Counted from the stretch's first letter, positions 27,977-38,493 are shown. The stretch is 64,000 bases of DNA from Candidatus Woesearchaeota archaeon (GCA_043803105.1 JAZDKJ010000012.1:96001-160000); one strand, 5' to 3'. Numbers and translations: made by a program. The notes: generated from the letters alone by a model not told the origin.

Positions 27977-28120
27977 TTGGGAGCGCACATCTCCCCAAGG
28001 GCTTTGTTTCGATGTACTCTCATTTTAGTTCAATTTTTTCCCTATCCGCAATATGTTGTATCTGTATAGTGATAACAAAGGAAACATTTATATACTTGTT
28101 CTGCTTGGATTTATCATAGG

Positions 28121-28636
28121 ATGAAAGTCAAAAAATCAATTGAAAATGGCCTTGAAAAGGCCTCCGAATGGCAAATAGCAACTGCAGGTATCCTTGCTTT
28201 GCGGGGCAGGTCTTTTGCGAACAGAGTCAAGAGAAACTTGGTAAAGAATGACAAACTTGATTACTGGACTGAGGTTGCCTTGAACAGGTGGTATGTGCCT
28301 ATTGACAAGATTCCCAGGGAAGACAGGATTTTCTACCACCCACCTACAATAAATCGAATCATACAAGGAAATCTCCTCCCTTCCATGAGACATGGCTCTG
28401 GCATGGGTGAATACAAGCACATTGCGTTGATTCTTAAAGGTTTTAAGGATGTTCCTTTGGAGGAAATCGCCAGCACCAGAACGTACTTCGAGGATGGCTG
28501 TAGCGATTACTCAAGTACAATGGTTAGCGCAGATTTCCTTTTCTATCTTGTGCGCTCAAAAGAAGAAGAAAACATCCTTATGAACGCAAAAAAACCAGTG
28601 TACTTCTTGGGGCCAGAGATTAAATACAAAAGTTAG
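28121..28636 (+). CDS. Hypothetical protein
   Basis: 171-aa ORF with upstream TATA; no motif recognised. Confidence 0.65.
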   Translation: MKVKKSIENGLEKASEWQIATAGILALRGRSFANRVKRNLVKNDKLDYWTEVALNRWYVPIDKIPREDRIFYHPPTINRIIQGNLLPSMRHGSGMGEYKHIALILKGFKDVPLEEIASTRTYFEDGCSDYSSTMVSADFLFYLVRSKEEENILMNAKKPVYFLGPEIKYKS

Positions 28637-28720
28637 TCAATCGTAAATAAGATTTTCTTCTCCATATGCCAATCATTTCACCACACAAATCTTTATATTT
28701 GCCGAGGATACTTCATCTTC

Positions 28721-29566
28721 ATGGACCTTGAATTGCACATGCATCCCTTTAACAATCTGCTTGAGGATATAGTGCATGCCATGGACTCAAGGAAGATTGG
28801 TATATTGGCTGTTGAATCACTCGATGCTTCGATTTTTCCAAGGGTTCGGGCTGCAGCAAAAAGCCTTTATTCCAATTTAATAATTGATGATGCCGGGGTA
28901 AAGCTTCCCTCAGGAAAGACTATCTGGAATGGAAGAGAATACAGTACCAGTGAAGGATTTCACTTGCTTACCATTGGATATTCGCTTGATACCAGACCTT
29001 ATACTGAGATAAGGAGGATTATAGATATTAGCTTGAAGCACAATGCACAGGTAATCCTCGACCACGGTTTTGTCGACAATAATCTTACAAGGACTGCAGG
29101 TCACATTTCCAGAGAGTCTGAATTTGAGTTGAACGATCTCTGCAAAGAATATCGCAAAGAAATAGCGTTGGAATGGAATGCTTATTGCAAGCCATGGATG
29201 AGGGCCAGCCTCTTGCTCATTTTGAATGCGCTCGGCCACAAGACACGATATTATGATGTGAACAAGAAGGTTGTAGAATTATCTAAGAGCATAAACAATT
29301 TTTATGGCCCGACACAAACTAAGCTTCTTCCCATCCTTACCGGAACAGACTTACATGCTATACAAAGAAAAATGCTTGAACTCATGGGAACTGCTAGGGT
29401 TAAGGCTGATGTGCAGGGAGAAAGCCCTTCAGAAATTTTGGCCTCTTTTAAGGAGCTGGTGCGTGCAGGTAAATACGAAAATACTTATGACTATGTTGGT
29501 TTTGTTCACCTTTTGGAAGCCTTTTGCCTACCGAAATTGTTCTTTAAGGACTATCAAGGTTTATAA
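28721..29566 (+). CDS. PHP-fold metallophosphoesterase-like protein
   Basis: ELHMH, GRE, FHLL, LDH, GTDLH metal-ligand motifs. Confidence 0.75.
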   Translation: MDLELHMHPFNNLLEDIVHAMDSRKIGILAVESLDASIFPRVRAAAKSLYSNLIIDDAGVKLPSGKTIWNGREYSTSEGFHLLTIGYSLDTRPYTEIRRIIDISLKHNAQVILDHGFVDNNLTRTAGHISRESEFELNDLCKEYRKEIALEWNAYCKPWMRASLLLILNALGHKTRYYDVNKKVVELSKSINNFYGPTQTKLLPILTGTDLHAIQRKMLELMGTARVKADVQGESPSEILASFKELVRAGKYENTYDYVGFVHLLEAFCLPKLFFKDYQGL

Positions 29567-29609
29567 AGAATACATACCCTTTTTAAATCCCAATAGCTTA
29601 CTGCCGCTC

Positions 29610-32387
29610 ATGCAACGAGAGTTCAAGTACTATCCAGAGGATTTCAAGCCCTTGCCAGTCAAGGTCCTGCACATGGATCTAGTGTTTCATGTTTTTGATG
29701 ATCATACTAATGTCTCTTCTGACTTAAAGTTGTTTTCCTTAAAGGATTTGAGGGAACTTAGGCTTGATGCCTCAGACCTGAAAATTCTTAGGGTGTCCTG
29801 CGACAAGGCAGATCTGACTTTTGAAGTCAAGCCTAAGGACAATAAGCTTCTATTGAATTTCAAAAATGTTCTTAAGAAAGGTAAAGAATTTGTTATTCAT
29901 ATCGAATCAGTCTGCAGGCCAACCAAAAACATTCTGGAAGGCCTCTATTACGATGTCACACCGCAAGGTGCGCCTCCGACAATGATAACCCAATGCCAGC
30001 AGTGGGGTTTCCAAAGAATTGTTCCTTGCTTTGATGACAACACAGCAAAATGCACTTACATTACCAAGATTATCGCAGACAAGCGCTACACCCACTTGAT
30101 AAGCAACGGTGATATATTAGTCCCGAGAAAGACCATTGGTAACCGGTCCGAGATAGTATATGCGAATACAAGGACTCCTATGGCACCTTACCTGTTTTTT
30201 CTCGGTGTCGGCACTTATGATGCATTTTCTCGTGAATTTGAGTACCCTGACAGCTCAAGGTTCATGCTTGAGTTGCTGGTTTTTCCTGGTTCAAGCAAAG
30301 CCTCTGCCAATCAAGCCCTTGACATTCTAGTTCACAGCATTAACTGGATTCATGTCTACACAGGTCCAGAATGCTGGAAGGATTTGGAGCAAAGAGATAA
30401 ATTGTTCAAGCTTATCATGGAAAGAGAACAGTTGAAAACCAAAGGTACTGACCTGACTAAGATTAGGGAAGAGATTAAGGTTATGGCTTCGAAGTTATCA
30501 TTGGGCTACAAATACACTGTTACAGTATATCGTGAAATTGCGATGCAGAACACCAATTTTGGTGGCATGGAGAACGTGGGCAACACCACAATTACTGGTA
30601 ACAGGATAATGCCTTCTGAGCACGCTACAGATCCTGCACTGGAGTACATGATACGTGTCAAGGTCCATGAGTTTTATCATAATATCAATGGTTCTGAGGT
30701 CACATCAAAGACCCCTTTTGAGTTCTGGCTCAACGAAGCTGTCACTGTATTTGTTGACCAGGCATATCACGAATTCGTTATGGGCAAGGATTACGCAAGA
30801 TTGTATGATGTCCTAAGGCTTATTGATCCGACAGCAGGTACTTTCGAAGAGGATTCTGGCACCCTGTCCATGCCTATAAAAGCCTCAGCCTTCAACAGCC
30901 CCAACGAACTTGTCTCTAATGTTGTGTACAGCAAAGCACCTGAGTTTGTTAGGATGATTAAGCTGATAGTGGGAGAAAAAAACTTCTACGCAGGCCTTGA
31001 CCTTTACCATAAGCGCTTTATGCACTCCAACGCAACTAGCGACGATTGGATTGCTGCCATGGAAGAAGCATCCGGTTTCAAGCTAAAGCAGATGGCTGAC
31101 TCTTGGCTCACTCAGATTGGTTATCCTAAGGTCTTTGCCAGTCTGAAAAGCAAAGCTGATACTCTGCAAATTAGCCTTCGCCAGGAAGGTTATTCTAAGA
31201 TGCCTTGGCAGTTCCCCTTTGATGTTGCAGTCCTTGATGACAAAGGCAATACTTGTTGTTCACAAGTCAGATGGGTCAAGAATAAAACTGATAATCTTGT
31301 CTTAAAGGGTGTTCCCAAAAACCCTATCGTTTCTATGCATCGAGGCTTCTCCTTTTACGGCAAGCTTTTTGCAGATCTGCCAATCCAGGACCTCTATATC
31401 CAGGCAAGGCTTGATTCAGATATCCTGGCAAAATACATGGCCTTCTACAAGCTTGCCGACATGCAGAAAATGAGATTGCTAAAAGGTATGGATCTGGACC
31501 AGGACTTTGTGGACTTGTATTTCTCATTGTTGGTTTCTGCTGTTGAAAAAAATGAAGGCAGCCTTTCCCTCAGTATTTCCCCTTCTGTTGATGATGATTC
31601 AATGTCTTGCATGTATGAAGAACTTTATAAGGCAAGGCAAAAGATTCTCTTTGCAGTTGCCAAAAAGAACCAAAAAAAGCTCCTGCATTTTTACGTCGCT
31701 CTTGCCAAAAAGAGTTTTGAGGGTGATTTTGTCGAAAAGAACTCTCAATATATGAGATGTCGCCAGTTGAAAAACCTCTGCCTTATGCTTCTCTCAAAGC
31801 TTGACACCCAGAAAACTCAGGAGCTTGCAAAGAAGCAGTTTGAGGCCGCGAAAAACGCCACAGACCGCTATGCGGCATTTGCCTTGTACCTGAACTCTTC
31901 TGTTCAAGGCAAACTTTCATTTCTAAGAAGTTTTGAGACGCTCGCTGTCAAGCACCCAGTCTCTTACGAGATCTTCCTCTCCATAGTCGGTGGTCTCGAA
32001 TGCGCCGACGCACTTGAACTCATCAAGGTTGTTGAAGCATCTCCTTTTTTCCATATTGAGGAGGTGAACCATTCCCGCTCTCTCTATCTGAGCTTTGCTT
32101 ACAATCGAAGAAAGTCTTTGCAGACCTCAGATGGCCTTGAGTTTCTAAAAGCATCCATAATAAAGTTGTCCAAAGTCAACGAGTATGTTTCCACAGCAAT
32201 GCTCAAGGTCTTTTCCAGGATTGACTTGATGCAGCCTAACTACCAGCCTGCATTGGTTGCAGCATTATTAGAAATTAAGGAAAATCTTGTTGAGTCAGAA
32301 CTGCCCAGTCTTTACAACAGTGTCAGAAGGATTCTCTCAAATTCAAAAATCGCAATGAAGGCTTATAATGATAACAAAAGCCAGTAA
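29610..32387 (+). CDS. pepN: Aminopeptidase N (M1 family) with C-terminal helical domain
   Basis: GGMEN, HEFYH-x18-E, VYSK.PEF.RM; start moved to ATG 29610 on TATA spacing. Confidence 0.93.
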   Translation: MQREFKYYPEDFKPLPVKVLHMDLVFHVFDDHTNVSSDLKLFSLKDLRELRLDASDLKILRVSCDKADLTFEVKPKDNKLLLNFKNVLKKGKEFVIHIESVCRPTKNILEGLYYDVTPQGAPPTMITQCQQWGFQRIVPCFDDNTAKCTYITKIIADKRYTHLISNGDILVPRKTIGNRSEIVYANTRTPMAPYLFFLGVGTYDAFSREFEYPDSSRFMLELLVFPGSSKASANQALDILVHSINWIHVYTGPECWKDLEQRDKLFKLIMEREQLKTKGTDLTKIREEIKVMASKLSLGYKYTVTVYREIAMQNTNFGGMENVGNTTITGNRIMPSEHATDPALEYMIRVKVHEFYHNINGSEVTSKTPFEFWLNEAVTVFVDQAYHEFVMGKDYARLYDVLRLIDPTAGTFEEDSGTLSMPIKASAFNSPNELVSNVVYSKAPEFVRMIKLIVGEKNFYAGLDLYHKRFMHSNATSDDWIAAMEEASGFKLKQMADSWLTQIGYPKVFASLKSKADTLQISLRQEGYSKMPWQFPFDVAVLDDKGNTCCSQVRWVKNKTDNLVLKGVPKNPIVSMHRGFSFYGKLFADLPIQDLYIQARLDSDILAKYMAFYKLADMQKMRLLKGMDLDQDFVDLYFSLLVSAVEKNEGSLSLSISPSVDDDSMSCMYEELYKARQKILFAVAKKNQKKLLHFYVALAKKSFEGDFVEKNSQYMRCRQLKNLCLMLLSKLDTQKTQELAKKQFEAAKNATDRYAAFALYLNSSVQGKLSFLRSFETLAVKHPVSYEIFLSIVGGLECADALELIKVVEASPFFHIEEVNHSRSLYLSFAYNRRKSLQTSDGLEFLKASIIKLSKVNEYVSTAMLKVFSRIDLMQPNYQPALVAALLEIKENLVESELPSLYNSVRRILSNSKIAMKAYNDNKSQ

Positions 32388-32418
32388 TGTTTAAAAGTTG
32401 CCTTGAGTTCTTATTAGT

Positions 32419-33390
32419 ATGCAGGATTTGATCTCCCAAGCCAATAAGGTTTACCTGGACAATTTTTCCAATGATACCTACTTTGAGCGCGCCATTTTCT
32501 TCAGCTGGTATTGCTCTACTCATGATTGTAAGTTCTGCTACATGTCCACCCAGGATGTTGAAAAGAATGCCCGAAGGACGATTCAATCTCTCTTGGCTGA
32601 AGTCATCTTGTGCAAGGCCTGCGGTTGGCAAATAGGTTTTGTGTCAGGAGGGCACGATGCGTATACAACTGTTGAGTTTGAGTCAGTCCTAGGACAACTA
32701 TCATCTGTCTCTGAAGAAAAGCTTTGGATTAATGTCGGCGCCCTGAACAAGGTAGAACTCTCGCGATTTCTTCCATACGCCAAAGGTGTCGTAGCCTCAA
32801 TTGAAACCATTAATCCGAGTGTCCACGATCTTGTCTGCCCCTCAAAACCAATCGCCCCCTTTGAGCTGATGTTAGAAGCTGCAAGTTCCCTAGGCCTAAA
32901 AAAGGCGATGACCATCATCCTTGGAATTGGCGAGAGCATGCATGATTTCCCATTGTTGGAAAAATTCATCAGCAAGCATGATGTTGACAAGATTCATTTC
33001 TACATTCTGAATCCTCAAAAAGGCACTTTTTTTGAGAATGCAAAAAGGCCTTCTGCAGAATATCAGGCTGAATGGATTGCGAGAACCCGGATCGCTTTTC
33101 CAACTATTGACATCCAGGCAGGTATCTGGCTTGATTGCGTGGACAGGGTTGAATTACTGCTTAAAGCTGGTGCAAATTCAATCAGCAAGTTTCCTGCCAT
33201 AAGATATTTTGGTTCAATTGAAGCAAAAAAGCTGGAAGATTGTGCACAAAAAGCTGGAAGAAAGTTTATTGGATCTCTTGTTCATATGCCAGATGAAGAT
33301 TTCTCCTCTCTCCTTAAGAGAGTTATGCCCAATTTGTTGGAAGCCACCCGCTCCAAATTGGATATGTATCTTCGTCAGATGGGAAAATAA
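32419..33390 (+). CDS. Radical SAM protein, BioB-like family, function unknown
   Basis: CSTHDCKFC (Cx4Cx2C), SGG, ETIN, ILGIGE, PQKGT, AGAN. Confidence 0.8.
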   Translation: MQDLISQANKVYLDNFSNDTYFERAIFFSWYCSTHDCKFCYMSTQDVEKNARRTIQSLLAEVILCKACGWQIGFVSGGHDAYTTVEFESVLGQLSSVSEEKLWINVGALNKVELSRFLPYAKGVVASIETINPSVHDLVCPSKPIAPFELMLEAASSLGLKKAMTIILGIGESMHDFPLLEKFISKHDVDKIHFYILNPQKGTFFENAKRPSAEYQAEWIARTRIAFPTIDIQAGIWLDCVDRVELLLKAGANSISKFPAIRYFGSIEAKKLEDCAQKAGRKFIGSLVHMPDEDFSSLLKRVMPNLLEATRSKLDMYLRQMGK

Positions 33391-33443
33391 CTTTGCCTCT
33401 GTGTATTCTTTTCCTGCGAGAAGATACTTAAAGTCAGGTCTTA

Positions 33444-33536
33444 TAGCGAATCTCTTTAATTATTGAACAATTGTGAGATTCGCTAGAATAGCAAATTGCA
33501 TGCCAAAAAGTTCCATTATTTATACGATTTGCTATT
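33444..33536. repeat. Two tandem inverted repeats in convergent intergenic gap
   Basis: TAGCGAATCTC-N20-GAGATTCGCTA and AATAGCAAAT-N30-ATTTGCTATT. Confidence 0.75.
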
Positions 33537-33544
33537 AGAAATTC

Positions 33545-34756
33545 TCATTCATACCTTAGCGAATCCACTGGTTTCTGCTTTGATGCTTGATAGGCTGGAA
33601 GAAGTCCTGATAAAGTTCCTACAATGAAGGAAAATGCAAGAGCACCTACTATCAAATACCATGGGAAATACGCTTGCAGCAACTTTGATTGTAATGCTGC
33701 CGTCGCAACAAGTTGCACGAGGCTTGAAAAGCCCATTCCCAAAAGTACTCCAATAGCTCCGCCAACCAAACCCAAGATGCCAGACTCAATTAAGAATATT
33801 AGCAGTATATCTCTGTTTTGTGCTCCTACAGCTTTTAGGATTCCTATCTCCTTTGTTCTTTCGAGCACTGCCGTGTACATTGTGTTCATTATTCCGATTG
33901 CTCCGACTAAAAGACTTATCAAGGCTATTCCAACAAGTACTCCCTGGACAATATTTAGCAATGTGTTGAATGCTGCCATCAGCTCTTCTGCTGTCTGTAT
34001 TTCAAAATCCTCATTGCCTTCTTTCAGGTTTCTCTCTCTTCTGAGCGCACGCTCAATCCTGTCTACCATCACGAGCGGCTCCTCTCCAGGCGAAATCTTT
34101 ACGTATAGAACACTATATTCAGTACCTCTCAGGTTGTATAGCTCTTTTAGTGTTTCGAGTGGCATATATACATTTGTATCATCAGAAGGATTGCCAATTA
34201 TTTCGTAGAATCCTATCACCTGAAACTCCACCTCATTTATTTTGACCTTGTTTCCAACTTTTAGGTTTTTGTCAAAGATATTCTGGTCAAGAAAGTAATG
34301 TCCGAGCACAACTTTGTATTTGTCTCCTGGCTTGATGTTTCTGCCATGCTCTATTTTATAAGACATGAGCTCATCAATAAGCTTTCTGCTGTTGTCTGTG
34401 GGCATTCCTGCAACAACAAAGAATTTGAGCTCATTGTTGAACTCCATTTGTATTGGTTTGATTGTCATTCCAGCTGCATCAGCTACTCCTGGGACTCCTT
34501 TTATGGTGTTAATATCCTTGTCTGATAAAATGACTTTGCTTGTGCCTGGACCAAACCCTCCTTTTGGTTGTATTATTATCTTGTCTCTTCCAATCTTTGC
34601 AAATTCATCGTTGATATACTTCTGTAATCCCTGGCCAAGGCTGACTAGTGCCACTACTGCAGCTATTCCAATGAATATGCCTATCATGGTCAGCCAGCTG
34701 CGTAGTCGTCTTCTTGTAATATTTCTGATTCCGATTACGAAATAGTCATAAATCAT
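33545..34756 (-). CDS. MacB/FtsX-type ABC permease
   Basis: RSWLTMIGIFIGI, GIMNTMYTAVLERTKEIG, PVDSLRYE. Confidence 0.93.
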   Translation of the reverse strand: MIYDYFVIGIRNITRRRLRSWLTMIGIFIGIAAVVALVSLGQGLQKYINDEFAKIGRDKIIIQPKGGFGPGTSKVILSDKDINTIKGVPGVADAAGMTIKPIQMEFNNELKFFVVAGMPTDNSRKLIDELMSYKIEHGRNIKPGDKYKVVLGHYFLDQNIFDKNLKVGNKVKINEVEFQVIGFYEIIGNPSDDTNVYMPLETLKELYNLRGTEYSVLYVKISPGEEPLVMVDRIERALRRERNLKEGNEDFEIQTAEELMAAFNTLLNIVQGVLVGIALISLLVGAIGIMNTMYTAVLERTKEIGILKAVGAQNRDILLIFLIESGILGLVGGAIGVLLGMGFSSLVQLVATAALQSKLLQAYFPWYLIVGALAFSFIVGTLSGLLPAYQASKQKPVDSLRYE

Positions 34757-35967
34757 TTTCTTAGTGCATCAACAGGGTGTAATTTTGCTGCCTGCGATGC
34801 TGGCAATGTTCCTGCAGCAGTTCCGACAACAAACGAAAATGCCAAAGCTCCAATTATTAGCCATGGTGAGTATTCTGCTTTGAGCACTCCGCTTCCGAGC
34901 ATCCATCCCATAACCATAACAATAATCTGGGAAAGAAAGATTCCAAGGATTACCCCTATCATTCCGCCAAGCATCCCGATAAGACCTGATTCAATGAAGA
35001 ACAATTGGAACACTTGGCTGTTCTTTGCTCCTACAGATTTCATTATGCCAATTTCTTTTCTTCGTTCAAGTACAGCCGTGTACATCGTGTTCATGATTCC
35101 CACTCCCCCAACAACTATACTGATAAAGGCTATGCCAACAAGGAACCACTGTGCATAGCTCAAGATGCTCTCAAGAGATTGCACTGATTGGGTTGGGGTC
35201 TGGACTGTAAAATCCTCTTTTCCCTTCTTGACATTTCTTGATGTTCGGAGAGTTTTCTTGACATCTTCAGATATTTTATCAATATTCAGGGACTGGTCGA
35301 CCTGCACAGCCATAATATCAATTTCATCACCTATCGATAAAGTGTCTCTTAAGACCTTGTCATTCATAAGGACTAGCTGCCCTCCACCAAATGTTCCCAA
35401 CTTCTTAAGGATTCCAACAATTTCGAATTGTTGTCCATTAATTAGTACCTTGTCTCCTGCAGCCAAATATTTGGAGAATATTTTTTTTGTTGCATAATCA
35501 TAGCCAACCAATATTTTGTTTTTGTCATTTACTGAGAGCAGCCTTCCTGAGGCAAGCTCCAGATGCATGGATTGGACAACCAAATCCCTTGATTTGTCAG
35601 TTGGGATATCACTTAAGTAGGCAAATATTTTTTTTCCTCTGTATTCCATAGTTGAGACCCTGATAAGTCTCTCTGCAACCATCCTTACGCCAGTAACCCT
35701 CCTAATTGCCTCTGCATCACGCTCAGTCAGTGGAGTCACCACTCCGCTTCCTGGTGGACCGAATTGTATTCCTGAAGCTTGCACTACCAGTTTGTCGCTT
35801 CCAGCGCTTGAAAACTGTGAGAGTACTGCCCCTTTTAGTCCTGCTCCAAGTGATATCAGGCTTACAACTGCAGCTATTCCGATGAATATGCCTATCATTG
35901 TGAGCCATGAGCGAATCTTCCTGTTTCTCAGGCTCTTGAAGGCTAGGCTAAAGTAGTCTAGGAGCAT
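34753..35967 (-). CDS. MacB/FtsX-type ABC permease (paralog)
   Basis: Same motifs as neighbour; PVDALR. Confidence 0.93.
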   Translation of the reverse strand: MLLDYFSLAFKSLRNRKIRSWLTMIGIFIGIAAVVSLISLGAGLKGAVLSQFSSAGSDKLVVQASGIQFGPPGSGVVTPLTERDAEAIRRVTGVRMVAERLIRVSTMEYRGKKIFAYLSDIPTDKSRDLVVQSMHLELASGRLLSVNDKNKILVGYDYATKKIFSKYLAAGDKVLINGQQFEIVGILKKLGTFGGGQLVLMNDKVLRDTLSIGDEIDIMAVQVDQSLNIDKISEDVKKTLRTSRNVKKGKEDFTVQTPTQSVQSLESILSYAQWFLVGIAFISIVVGGVGIMNTMYTAVLERRKEIGIMKSVGAKNSQVFQLFFIESGLIGMLGGMIGVILGIFLSQIIVMVMGWMLGSGVLKAEYSPWLIIGALAFSFVVGTAAGTLPASQAAKLHPVDALRK

Positions 35968-35968
35968 T

Positions 35969-37258
35969 CTACTTCTTCTTTCTCTTCTTGAAGAACCTGT
36001 ATGCGACGAGTCCTGCCACCACTATTACGACCACGAAGATGATGCCTATAGTGTTGCTGCCTTGGCTAAGTCCAAGCTTTTCTGCTTGCTCTCCAGTGTA
36101 TGTCTTTAGCTCCAGGTTGTAGTTTTGGGTGTACTTCTTGTTGTTTGCATCCCTGAATTCTATGGTTATCGGCAGGAGTACCTTGTCTTTTACTCCCTTG
36201 TTCAAGAAAAGGTCAAACTCCCCTGTTGCATAGTCATCCGAGTCTATGTTTCCAAGGTATGATACATCAGATGAAAGCACGTCAAAGTCGTTTGTTTTTC
36301 TTAGTTGGATGGTCACAAACTTGACCCCCATGCTTCCCTTGTTGATGAATTTTATTGTAACCTTTCCTTTGGTGTTTGGCTGGTATATGGTTGAGCTGTC
36401 TATGCCTACCACAACATCAGGTTCCTCGCCAACCTTCAGGCTAAAAACATTCGTGACAGTGTAGTTTTTTCCCAACTGGTCTGAGAAGCCTAGCACTATT
36501 GGCACCTTGTATACCCCTGCCTTTGTATCAGGGTCTGCTATGAGTTCGAATGCGAGGTTTGCGCTCTCTCCTATGTCTATGCGAAGCAGTATCTTTTCGT
36601 TTGTCGAGCCTATTGGAGAGAAAGGGAGTTCTTCAAAACTCACTGAAGTGGCTGTCTGTACCTGCTTGATAAGTTGCAGGGTTGCCTTGATGTTCTTGAA
36701 ATATCCATCTGCCATGTTTTTTAGCCTTATGCTGATGCTTGCCGTCTCCCCTGGGCCTATCATCTCTGGTATTGATGTTACTGATTCTATTGCAAGGATT
36801 GGGTTGCTGCTCTGAATCCTCACCTGGAACGGGTCTAGTGTCCTCCATGTCTCTCCGTTGTTGACAGAATACCTTACCCTTATCTGGCTGTTTCCCTGTA
36901 CTGCGCTCTTGTCTATTCTCAGCCTGTAGTGTATCACGTATGCGTTCACACCTATTTGCCTCGCCTCTACCGTGCCTAGGGTTCTTGTTGCATTGTCTCC
37001 AGGGTCTAGCGAGAAAGGGAACTCTGGCAGTATCTCGAAAACCACTGCCTTTGCCTGTTCTGTTCCCACATTTTCAAGCTTAAAGCGGACGTCAACATAT
37101 CCCCCTGGTTCTGCAGGGTCTGGGTCCTGGTTCACAAAAGTTGCTTGTTGGCTTGTCGCTGTTGATCCCACGCCTATGTTTGAGTCTGTCAGTTGTGCGC
37201 TTACGTATACAGTGCAGGCCAATAGCATAATTACAATAATCCATATTGTGTTCCTCAT
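35969..37258 (-). CDS. COG1361 S-layer-domain protein
   Basis: Signal peptide, QDPDPAEPG, three Ig-like units, C-terminal TM plus basic tail; typical partner of MacB-type systems. Confidence 0.85.
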   Translation of the reverse strand: MRNTIWIIVIMLLACTVYVSAQLTDSNIGVGSTATSQQATFVNQDPDPAEPGGYVDVRFKLENVGTEQAKAVVFEILPEFPFSLDPGDNATRTLGTVEARQIGVNAYVIHYRLRIDKSAVQGNSQIRVRYSVNNGETWRTLDPFQVRIQSSNPILAIESVTSIPEMIGPGETASISIRLKNMADGYFKNIKATLQLIKQVQTATSVSFEELPFSPIGSTNEKILLRIDIGESANLAFELIADPDTKAGVYKVPIVLGFSDQLGKNYTVTNVFSLKVGEEPDVVVGIDSSTIYQPNTKGKVTIKFINKGSMGVKFVTIQLRKTNDFDVLSSDVSYLGNIDSDDYATGEFDLFLNKGVKDKVLLPITIEFRDANNKKYTQNYNLELKTYTGEQAEKLGLSQGSNTIGIIFVVVIVVAGLVAYRFFKKRKKK

Positions 37259-37260
37259 GT

Positions 37261-37950
37261 TTATCCTCCTAGGCTCTTTACAGCCTCTCCGTCTTTCAGG
37301 TAAATGATCCTGTCAGCGTATTTGGTTTTGGTTGGATCGTGCGAGACCATCACGATTGTTTTTCCCTCTTTGTTGAGCTTTTTCAGGAAGTCCATTACCA
37401 CTATTCCTGTTTTTGAGTCAAGGTTTCCTGTTGGCTCGTCTGCCAGTATCACCTCAGGGTCATTGCATAATGCCCTTGCAATCGCAACCCTCTGCTGTTG
37501 CCCCCCTGATAGTTCTGTTGGTTTGTGGTTCATTCTATCTGAGAGCTCCACCATTTCCAGCAATTGTTTTGCCTTCTCTGTCCTTTTATCTTTCTGTGTG
37601 CCCTGGAATATCATAGGTAACATTACATTTTCTAATGCTGTTAGCGTGTTTATCAGGTTGAATGTTTGGAAGATGAATCCGATTTTCCTCCCTCTTATTT
37701 GGGCAAGGCTGCTTTCTGTTAGGTGCGAGATGTTTTTTCCTTCAAGGTAGATTGTCCCCTTGGTTGGCACATCAAGGCATCCTACCATGTTCATTGCTGT
37801 TGATTTCCCTGAACCGCTAGGACCAAGTATTGCAACAAATTCTCCTTTTTTTATGTCCAGGCTAAGTCCCTGTAGCGCGTTAACCTCCACCTGCCCGATT
37901 AGGTATATTTTCCAGACGTCCTCCAGTTTGATTATTGATTCCTTGCTCAT
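37261..37950 (-). CDS. ABC ATP-binding protein (LolD/MacB type)
   Basis: GPSGSGKS, LSGGQQQR, ADEPTGNLD. Confidence 0.95.
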   Translation of the reverse strand: MSKESIIKLEDVWKIYLIGQVEVNALQGLSLDIKKGEFVAILGPSGSGKSTAMNMVGCLDVPTKGTIYLEGKNISHLTESSLAQIRGRKIGFIFQTFNLINTLTALENVMLPMIFQGTQKDKRTEKAKQLLEMVELSDRMNHKPTELSGGQQQRVAIARALCNDPEVILADEPTGNLDSKTGIVVMDFLKKLNKEGKTIVMVSHDPTKTKYADRIIYLKDGEAVKSLGG

Positions 37951-38453
37951 TTCATCTGCCTCAATTCCCTTACCGCCTTTCTTAGTATTATCTTGATGTG
38001 TTCCTTGTGTTGATTAATCCTGTTATTCTTGTAGAGTTCGTACAGGGTTATCCTCAAGTCATTGATCTCGCAGCTCACCTCGCTTAGCGGTACCTTGCCA
38101 TTCTTCGCATGCTCAAGCATTTCCACAGTGAAGCTCATATCCTTGCTGCCGTGAAAAGAGCCCAGAACTTTCAGGCCTTCTATTATCTTGTCAACGAACT
38201 CGTTTCTTTTCGTAGACAATAAGTTATAGAATTTTCTGCCCTTTGCGGTTATGCTGTAGACTTTCTTCCTTCCACTCCTTTTTACTGTTAAATAATCCTG
38301 CCTGAGCAGATCCTCGAGCAATGGATAGATGCTTCCCGAGCTTGGTTTCCAGCTGCCAGTCTGCTCCTGTATGCTTTTTATTAGCGAGTATCCTGACATT
38401 GCCTGCTCTGATAGCGTCTTTAGCACAATGCATCTTAATTGTCCGGTTATCAT
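37947..38453 (-). CDS. PadR family transcriptional regulator
   Basis: SGY.LI, PS.GSIYP.L, KKVYSIT.KG. Confidence 0.9.
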   Translation of the reverse strand: MITGQLRCIVLKTLSEQAMSGYSLIKSIQEQTGSWKPSSGSIYPLLEDLLRQDYLTVKRSGRKKVYSITAKGRKFYNLLSTKRNEFVDKIIEGLKVLGSFHGSKDMSFTVEMLEHAKNGKVPLSEVSCEINDLRITLYELYKNNRINQHKEHIKIILRKAVRELRQMK

Positions 38454-38463
38454 TGTCCTTGAT

Positions 38464-38493
38464 ATGTCTTATCCGATATATCGCTTCCGATAC
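38464..38493. promoter_or_regulatory. Putative tandem PadR operator
   Basis: Overlapping imperfect palindromes ATGTCTTATCCGATAT and ATATCGCTTCCGATAC between TATA box and padR start. Confidence 0.6.

Noticed and set aside
29304-29609. 102-aa N-terminal extension of PepN
   Set aside because: Overlaps the upstream gene; TATA spacing supports ATG 29610
33444-33536. Mini CRISPR array
   Set aside because: Repeats are inverted rather than direct, only two units, and no cas genes in the window
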